Shown piece after piece: positions 58,084 through 64,000 of a stretch of 64,000 bases of DNA (within the stretch, counting starts at the first letter, position 1; each line of letters starts with the position of its first letter). The position numbers and the translations under genes were made by a program. Source of the DNA: an uncultured Alphaproteobacteria bacterium (GTDB taxonomy: Bacteria; Pseudomonadota; Alphaproteobacteria; Rs-D84). Below the pieces are notes generated by a model. The model saw only the letters and a program-made list of their open reading frames with translations, ran no database searches and was not told where the DNA came from. The stretch covers positions 33,698 through 97,697 of the forward strand of contig CALXMR010000001.1 in the NCBI GenBank assembly GCA_944389525.1, written 5' to 3'.

Positions 58084-58767
58084 TTATAGTCCTGGTATTG
58101 CACTGCCATCATTCAGTGGCGCATGGCATTCACCATCCCCATCGTCTGGACAGCACATAAATTCCAGATTACCTGTATCCCGGAATGTTTCACCATCACA
58201 ACATCCGAACTTATTCGGCGCATCCCCATTCGGGCACAGACCGGCCGCCATATTTGCCACCGCTGTTTCAGTATCAATTACCACCGCTGATTTATCGATG
58301 TCATCACCGCAATCAGCACTGTATTGATTGCGCAACGGCTGTAATTCGTCATCTGTGGCCCCGCCCGATTCCAGCGCACTGATATCCGCCGTCAATCCAT
58401 CGCACAATGTGCGCCGCGCCGTCAGATAATTTGTCAGCACATTGTATGCAGTCACGGTTTCCACCGCCGTGGTTACAGGCACCGCCGTATCTGTTGTTGC
58501 CACCACAGACATAGTTGATACCCGACCAGACGTTCGCCGCCCTGCGGCCGCACGCGCACAACTGGTCCGATATTGATTTTGCAAATTGGCCAATTCTGTC
58601 GCCGTTGCATCATCAGGATTCGCAATCGCCGTCAATTCGCCAATACGATTACTAATTGCTGTACAATCAACCGCCGCCCTATCTGCGACCGTGCCATCTG
58701 CCGCCACGGCCACCCCCAGTGGCATACAAATCAAGAATGCAAAAAACCCAACTAGACTTTTATTCAT
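58084..58767 (-). CDS. secreted Cys-rich repeat protein
   Basis: A cleavable signal peptide (MNKSLVGFFAFLICMPLGVAVAADG). It has two internal ~40 aa repeats, each bracketed by Cys (DCTAISNRIGELTAIANPDDATATELANLQNQYRTSCA / LCDGLTADISALESGGATDDELQPLRNQYSADCG). The C-terminus is a CC..CC..C cluster. Confidence 0.55.
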   Translation of the reverse strand: MNKSLVGFFAFLICMPLGVAVAADGTVADRAAVDCTAISNRIGELTAIANPDDATATELANLQNQYRTSCARAAAGRRTSGRVSTMSVVATTDTAVPVTTAVETVTAYNVLTNYLTARRTLCDGLTADISALESGGATDDELQPLRNQYSADCGDDIDKSAVVIDTETAVANMAAGLCPNGDAPNKFGCCDGETFRDTGNLEFMCCPDDGDGECHAPLNDGSAIPGL

Positions 58768-59479
58768 TTATTATCTGTTCCATTTGTAAGATAAAATCAG
58801 TTGCTGGATCAACCAAGCGTTCAATTTTATCCAAAAACTCCCTGGCTTCTTGTTGCATATCCAGTTTTTTAAATGTATCTATTACGATTTCTGCATCACC
58901 TTCGCCCATATCTTCTTCGGGTTGTAATGCGGATGCAATTTCCAATTCACGCAACGCCAAAGCCTTGTACATATCTGCATTTTCGGCACATCCCTTGTCC
59001 GCCAGTGAACTGTAAGTATCGGCGTTTTGCAAATGTTTCCAATATTCTGGGCTGTCTTCGGAATACAGACGCTGGACCAACAGTTTTTCAATACGCATGC
59101 ATGTCGACATAATTTCTGGCCGCGATGCAGGTGTATCCACACTGGCCACTGAGGCGGGCGCATCGCGTTCAATTATAACCAGACGCCCGGCGCATCCACT
59201 TGTATACGCGGCGTTTAATTCGTTCAAGATTTTTGCATCTTCGGCATTTGCGCCGCGTTGCGTAATGGACACAATTTCATTTGCGATTGCATCACATTGT
59301 TCAATGCTCAACACATCGCGCGCGACCGGTTCGCCCCTGTATGTCAGGCCCAACATCAATCCACACACAAACAGCCCCGCCAACGCAATTGCACCCCAAA
59401 CCTTGTGCGATGTACTGCAACAGTTAATTGGACATGGCGCCGGCTGCTTTTTTGCCGTTGTCTTTTTTGTTTTTTGCAT
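58760..59479 (-). CDS. membrane-anchored hypothetical protein (paralog family member 2)
   Basis: A TM anchor (GAIALAGLFVCGLMLGL). The module EQCDAIANEIVSITQRGANAEDAKILNELNAAYTSGCAG resembles the repeat of the secreted protein. The STCMRIEKLL..YSEDSPEYWKHLQNADTYSSLADKGCAENADMYKAL module and the C-terminal TDFILQMEQIINE parallel member 1. Confidence 0.55.
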   Translation of the reverse strand: MQKTKKTTAKKQPAPCPINCCSTSHKVWGAIALAGLFVCGLMLGLTYRGEPVARDVLSIEQCDAIANEIVSITQRGANAEDAKILNELNAAYTSGCAGRLVIIERDAPASVASVDTPASRPEIMSTCMRIEKLLVQRLYSEDSPEYWKHLQNADTYSSLADKGCAENADMYKALALRELEIASALQPEEDMGEGDAEIVIDTFKKLDMQQEAREFLDKIERLVDPATDFILQMEQIINE

Positions 59480-59522
59480 TGCTTACACCTCTCTCTCTTT
59501 TTACTTTATATTATATCATATA

Positions 59523-60233
59523 TTATTCCACAATTCCGTCATGAATTGTAATTTTTTTATCTGCACGCGATGCCAGATTCATATCATGCGTCACGAACAA
59601 CATTGCCATTTTATTTTTCCGCACCAAATCCAACAGCAAATCAAATACTGCCACCGCATGTGATGGATCCAGACTGCCGGTTGGTTCATCGGCCAATAAT
59701 ATTTCTGGATTATTCGCCAACGCGCGGGCAACCGCGGTGCGCTGTTGTTCACCGCCCGACATTTCCCCCGGCAGATGCGATGCCCGGTGTGCAACATTTG
59801 CCGCACGCAATAATTTCATTGCCCGCGCCATTGCACTGCGTTCATCCACACCGTTGGCCAACATCGGCAGCATAACATTTTCCAACGCGGTAAAATCAGA
59901 CAATAAATTATGCCGCTGGTATACAAACCCAATTTTACGCCGGCGCATCATTGTACGCATTTCATCGTCCATCTTTTGCACAGGGGTCCCCGATAACAAT
60001 ATACTGCCCCCTGTGGGCTTGTCCAATAAACCAACACACTGCAACAGTGTAGACTTACCACTGCCCGATGGTCCAACCAGTGCGATAATTTCCCCACGAT
60101 GCAAATCGAAACCACCCCCGCGCAGAATATGCAACGGTTGGCCGCCTTCGATAAAGGTCTTTTTAATATCACGCACAGACAATACAACATCGCCCTGCTT
60201 AATTTTTGATAAAGAATTCAATATATTCGCCAT
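59523..60233 (-). CDS. lolD: lipoprotein-releasing ABC transporter ATP-binding protein LolD
   Basis: Walker A GPSGSGKST, the signature LSGGEQQRTAVARAL, and Walker B LLADEPTG. It sits in the operon with lolC/E. Confidence 0.75.
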   Translation of the reverse strand: MANILNSLSKIKQGDVVLSVRDIKKTFIEGGQPLHILRGGGFDLHRGEIIALVGPSGSGKSTLLQCVGLLDKPTGGSILLSGTPVQKMDDEMRTMMRRRKIGFVYQRHNLLSDFTALENVMLPMLANGVDERSAMARAMKLLRAANVAHRASHLPGEMSGGEQQRTAVARALANNPEILLADEPTGSLDPSHAVAVFDLLLDLVRKNKMAMLFVTHDMNLASRADKKITIHDGIVE

Positions 60234-60240
60234 TATGAAA

Positions 60241-60990
60241 TTAATTCCTTTCAATATTATGTTGCAATTTTTTTTGTTTCTTTATTTCATCCAGTATAAT
60301 TTTTATTCTGTCCGGTTGAATAAACACGTGTGGCCCGTCACCAATTAAATTTATAAATTCTTCTTTACGTTGTTCTTTTCTTATCCGCGCCAAATCGTGT
60401 TTATTGTCGATATAATATTTTATATCCATGGGCGCGTATCCATAACTGACACCGTCCAAAATTTCAAAAAAATCTTGCAGATTTTTATTATCCCAATTTA
60501 TATCCAACAATTCTGGATTTAATTCAATCGTCTGTGACAATAAATCAGCAACCCGCGCCACCACAGTACTGCGTTGTTGTTGAATATAATCCGCCAATTG
60601 ATTTTTGTCCGCATCAGACAAATTTTTAACCGGACCACACATTTTATCAATCAGATTCAACTTTTCTTCTTCCGTTATTGGCACCATATTTTTATCTTCC
60701 TGTGCCATCCGTTCCATCCCGGCTATCATAGATTCCGCATACCCGCGGGGATTGGTTATACGCCCAACATCGAACGTATAAAAGAAAAACAATGTCCGCA
60801 CTTGTTCTTCGAATTTCTGTGGCGTTACATTATTTGGATATTTATATTCATGGAATAATTTTATTGGTAAATGGATACCACGCGCTGTTAAAAAATCCTG
60901 ATAATTTTTTGCGCTGGACGACCAATGACCACCAGGCACAACGGTATTATAAACCAGCGTTCTTAAAACTAATTCTAAATTTTTATTCAT
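60241..60990 (-). CDS. hypothetical protein (249 aa) inserted between lolC/E and lolD
   Basis: There is no signal peptide or TM and no recognisable family. It overlaps the lolC/E stop by 8 nt and ends 8 nt before the lolD start. Confidence 0.5.
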   Translation of the reverse strand: MNKNLELVLRTLVYNTVVPGGHWSSSAKNYQDFLTARGIHLPIKLFHEYKYPNNVTPQKFEEQVRTLFFFYTFDVGRITNPRGYAESMIAGMERMAQEDKNMVPITEEEKLNLIDKMCGPVKNLSDADKNQLADYIQQQRSTVVARVADLLSQTIELNPELLDINWDNKNLQDFFEILDGVSYGYAPMDIKYYIDNKHDLARIRKEQRKEEFINLIGDGPHVFIQPDRIKIILDEIKKQKKLQHNIERN

Positions 60991-62239
60991 TTCTTAAAAC
61001 CTCAACCGGGTCTGTGCTGGCGGCCTTCCACGCGGGATACAGTGTCGCCAAGAATGCCAACAACACGGCAATTAACGCGATTCCAACAACCTCGCCTATA
61101 ACTAATTTAGATGGTAATTCTGACAAATAGTATAATTCAGCGGGAAATAAATCGCGCCCTGTTGCCCACTGAAAGAATTGTCGTATTGGTTCAATATATA
61201 TCGCAATCAGAACACCAAACACCGTTCCGAAAAACGCACCCAAAACACCAATACTGGTCCCAGACAAAATAAATATCTTCATCATGGAACGGCGCGACAC
61301 ACCAAATGTACGCAACACGGCAATATCTTTGGATTTATCTTTGACCAGCATGACCAAACTGGACACGATATTAAACGCCGCCACAATTACTATCAGCATT
61401 AATATTAAAAACATAACATTCGATTCAACCTGTAACGCACCAACAAACCCACGATTTAAATCACGCCAATCACGAACAACAAATCCATTCGGCAACAGAT
61501 TTGCCAACGCATCACGAACCGCAACCGTATCTTCGGGATTATGCAAGAACAAATCAATATGCGTAACGGCACCCGGAATATTTAAATACTTTTGTGCGGT
61601 TTCCAGCGGCATAAATATATACCCAGAATCATATTCATACATCCCCATAAAGAACGAAGACATAACCGGATACGCCATAATACGCGGCATCGAACCAAAC
61701 GGCGTTGGTGTTGCCGCATTCGCCGACACCAATGAAATATTATCACCCATTCCCACACGCAACGCACGCGTCAGCGATGCCCCCGCAACCAATTCGCCAT
61801 CATGGATTTTATCCAACGGCTTGCCATATATTTTTGTACCACTTTCAACCTTGGCCGCCAGGTCAGACATCTTTATCCCGCGAATCATTGCGCCCGTATT
61901 ATTACCATTTGCAGTGGCCATAACCTGCCCTTCGGCGATGGGGACAATACCTGTGGTATTTGCGGCAACGACTTTGTTCTGTTTCATTTTATCAATCAAG
62001 AAATCATAGTCCGCGATTGCACCATCTTGGTGATAGACAACAACATGCCCATTCATTCCGATAATGCGCGACAACAGCGTATCATGAAATCCGCCCATCA
62101 CCGACATTACAACAATCAGTGTTGCCACCCCCAATGTAATACCAACCAGCGACACCCACGAAATCACAGAACCAAATCCGCGCTTTTTCGCGCCTAAATA
62201 TCTGAATGCAATTTTGCGTTCCAGCCTTGAAAACAACAT
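60983..62239 (-). CDS. lipoprotein-releasing system permease LolC/LolE family
   Basis: The N-terminus IAFRYLGAKKRGFGSVISWVSLVGITLGVATLIVVMSVMGGFH is the LolC/E hallmark. It has a MacB-like periplasmic domain and a 4-TM FtsX fold. Confidence 0.8.
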   Translation of the reverse strand: MLFSRLERKIAFRYLGAKKRGFGSVISWVSLVGITLGVATLIVVMSVMGGFHDTLLSRIIGMNGHVVVYHQDGAIADYDFLIDKMKQNKVVAANTTGIVPIAEGQVMATANGNNTGAMIRGIKMSDLAAKVESGTKIYGKPLDKIHDGELVAGASLTRALRVGMGDNISLVSANAATPTPFGSMPRIMAYPVMSSFFMGMYEYDSGYIFMPLETAQKYLNIPGAVTHIDLFLHNPEDTVAVRDALANLLPNGFVVRDWRDLNRGFVGALQVESNVMFLILMLIVIVAAFNIVSSLVMLVKDKSKDIAVLRTFGVSRRSMMKIFILSGTSIGVLGAFFGTVFGVLIAIYIEPIRQFFQWATGRDLFPAELYYLSELPSKLVIGEVVGIALIAVLLAFLATLYPAWKAASTDPVEVLRNE

Positions 62240-62251
62240 TTTATTTTACCC

Positions 62252-63589
62252 TTAATCTTCTTCGCTTAAAAACGCACGCAGCGCATCACCCACCAGTTGG
62301 TCTGGATTAACCGATTGCACATCTGTTTCTTCGACAATGGATATTAAACGCGGCGACATAAACACAACCAGTTCCGCAAACGGACTGATTAATGTTTCAG
62401 GCGTTGTAACAAACGAATGTGTCGGAATACCAATTATTACATAATTATCACCAATACTAGACGGTATATTAAACGATGACAATTCACCATTACTGGTGCG
62501 TAAAACAATTTTCGCATCGATTTTATCAGTACCACCAAAATCACCATATGTACCAGTTGCACCGATTATCAAATCTGTTTCCAATCTGTCTTCTTTGCTG
62601 CATTGCCCGATATCAAAGCGCGACTGCCATCCATTTGGGATGATAAACTGTCCTTGGGAAATCAAGACAACATTCGCCTGTTGCGACAAAAATTCTTGCA
62701 GTGTTTTTGTATTTATTTCTGGTCCAACAACCAACGCGCGACCAACCACACCCGGGATAGACATCTTGATATTTTTATCACCAAACGCCGGTAATAAATT
62801 CATCCATATAATTGGGTTATCTGTACGCGGATACACACGATATACATCAATATCCCATGCCAGCATGTATTTTTTAGACGCAAATTCAGATATTATTTTT
62901 GTCACTTCGCGTTCTGTTTGATAATTACCTTCGAATACAACGGTTTTATCCTGCCAATCGACCAGCAAGTTGCGCATATCTGCACCATGCATCGCATCCA
63001 GCAATGCCATGATTATATTTTCATTCTTGGGCATTTTTATCATCCACTTTGCCCGATTATCCAGATGAATTTCGGCGTTTTCTGCATCGTACGAATAATA
63101 CGCGCGGCCCATTTTCGCCATCAATTCAACCGTATCAGCCAAATTTCCTGATGACACCGTCCCAGAAATTTTATCGGTCAATTCACCATCTTCGATAACA
63201 GAAATATCTGTACCTTCTAGTAACTTGTCCAACGCCTCTTTAACACTCAACTGTTTAAATTCGTAATCCGAGACCACTAATTCAGGCAACGCATCCCCCA
63301 CCCCCAGACGCACCATTTCTATTTTTTCATGTGGCACAACAGATACAACATTTTGATTATCCCAATCAACCGTGCATCTTTTTGGCAGTTCTATGGAAAA
63401 CCGTTGTGCGGTATCTGTGGTCAGGGCGGCCTTTTTCGGAAAGATTGGCACAGAATTTTCATCAATCACAAAATTTTCAACAACATTTATTGTGTCGTAT
63501 TGGGGAACTTGTTCTTGACGCTGCTGATTGGCGCATGCCACCACCGTCACAGAAAACATAGCCAACAAAAAAAGATTTATTTTTTTCAT
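62252..63589 (-). CDS. lipoprotein of unknown function with secretin-N/STN-like N-terminal modules
   Basis: A lipobox (..SVTVVAC). The segment QLSVKEALDKLLEGTDISVIEDG resembles the STN/secretin N0 signature, and a second KH-like module follows (IIMALLDAMHGADMRNLLVDWQDKTVVFEG). The C-terminal beta-rich region lacks the canonical secretin GG motif. Confidence 0.4.
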   Translation of the reverse strand: MKKINLFLLAMFSVTVVACANQQRQEQVPQYDTINVVENFVIDENSVPIFPKKAALTTDTAQRFSIELPKRCTVDWDNQNVVSVVPHEKIEMVRLGVGDALPELVVSDYEFKQLSVKEALDKLLEGTDISVIEDGELTDKISGTVSSGNLADTVELMAKMGRAYYSYDAENAEIHLDNRAKWMIKMPKNENIIMALLDAMHGADMRNLLVDWQDKTVVFEGNYQTEREVTKIISEFASKKYMLAWDIDVYRVYPRTDNPIIWMNLLPAFGDKNIKMSIPGVVGRALVVGPEINTKTLQEFLSQQANVVLISQGQFIIPNGWQSRFDIGQCSKEDRLETDLIIGATGTYGDFGGTDKIDAKIVLRTSNGELSSFNIPSSIGDNYVIIGIPTHSFVTTPETLISPFAELVVFMSPRLISIVEETDVQSVNPDQLVGDALRAFLSEED

Positions 63590-63601
63590 ACCGTCCCCTT
63601 C

Positions 63602-63928
63602 TTAGATATTCATTGCGCGTTCAAATTCTTCCAGTGTCATTTCGTATATTGGTTTTTGCGTTGGCGTAACCATCTCTTTGACGCGTTCATATTGCACACG
63701 AAACTTTTCAATCACCGCGGCGACATCGTCCGGCACAGATTGTTTTTTTGCATCCAACAACCTGCGCCCGTATTCATAAACAAATTCCAATGTATCTGCC
63801 GCAAAGAATCGCCCCGCATAATTTTCGGTTGCAATCCCGCCCTTTTGCACACAGATTGCCGACATCATCATCGTCATCTGGTTGTAAAAGTTTGCCAGTT
63901 TAATAAAGTTCTGAACCGTCAATGCCAT
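63602..63928 (-). CDS. hypothetical protein (108 aa)
   Basis: A coherent ORF heading the minus-strand run that includes the lipoprotein and lolCDE. No family recognised. Confidence 0.4.
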   Translation of the reverse strand: MALTVQNFIKLANFYNQMTMMMSAICVQKGGIATENYAGRFFAADTLEFVYEYGRRLLDAKKQSVPDDVAAVIEKFRVQYERVKEMVTPTQKPIYEMTLEEFERAMNI

Positions 63929-64000
63929 GTCTCTGTCCTATGCCCCTTTTTCCCCATTATAAAAACTATTGCCCCCATAAGGCAATTAAATTATAATACA

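Noticed and set aside
1-64000. CRISPR arrays, rRNA genes, IS elements or a prophage
   Set aside because: I found no regularly spaced short direct repeats, no rRNA-like conserved stretches, and no transposase or integrase-like translations. The only recombinase is the housekeeping xerD.

Overview
The window is AT-rich and reads like an alphaproteobacterial chromosome, judging by a MucR/Ros regulator, AddB, a DUF721 gene after mltA, and rsmI divergent from an LpoA-like lipoprotein. Coding density is high and most of it is core housekeeping: thrS (partial), gltX, trmB, rarA, fabD, ftsK, ctpA, secDF-yajC, mutL, greA, an lptF/G-type permease, xerD, trxB, serS, typA, recA, secB, mltA, ruvC, yebC, ruvA, mnmE, xthA, addB, engB, rsmI, lolCDE, and two tRNAs (Tyr-GTA, Gly-TCC). 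I see no rRNA, CRISPR array, intact IS element or prophage. The less ordinary material is listed below in window order:
- A translationally coupled three-gene module at 5964..7869 (membrane/Pro-rich protein, unknown 169 aa protein, SUKH/SMI1-KNR4-like protein) followed by a ribbon-helix-helix gene.
- An in-frame ybeY::lnt fusion ORF at 8105..10114.
- A 639 aa membrane-anchored GH24 lysozyme-like plus TPR protein in an operon with a zinc-finger-degenerate mucR and the ybeY::lnt fusion.
- A four-gene glycosyltransferase locus between typA and recA, with two tandem GT2 paralogs that share a near-identical segment of about 270 bp.
- The tRNA-Tyr/tRNA-Gly pair at 56762..57119, each followed by an 18-20 nt copy of its own 3' end (att-like footprints).
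- Directly beside those tRNAs, a three-gene paralogous family of Cys-bracketed module proteins (two membrane-anchored, one secreted), which I rate the most interesting region.
- An uncharacterized gene inserted between lolC/E and lolD, with a secretin-N-like lipoprotein upstream.
- A ThrRS that lacks the N-terminal TGS domain.
- A recurring family of short GC-stem/AWWY-tetraloop bidirectional intrinsic terminators.
All calls rest on reading translations and motifs by eye; no database searches were run.
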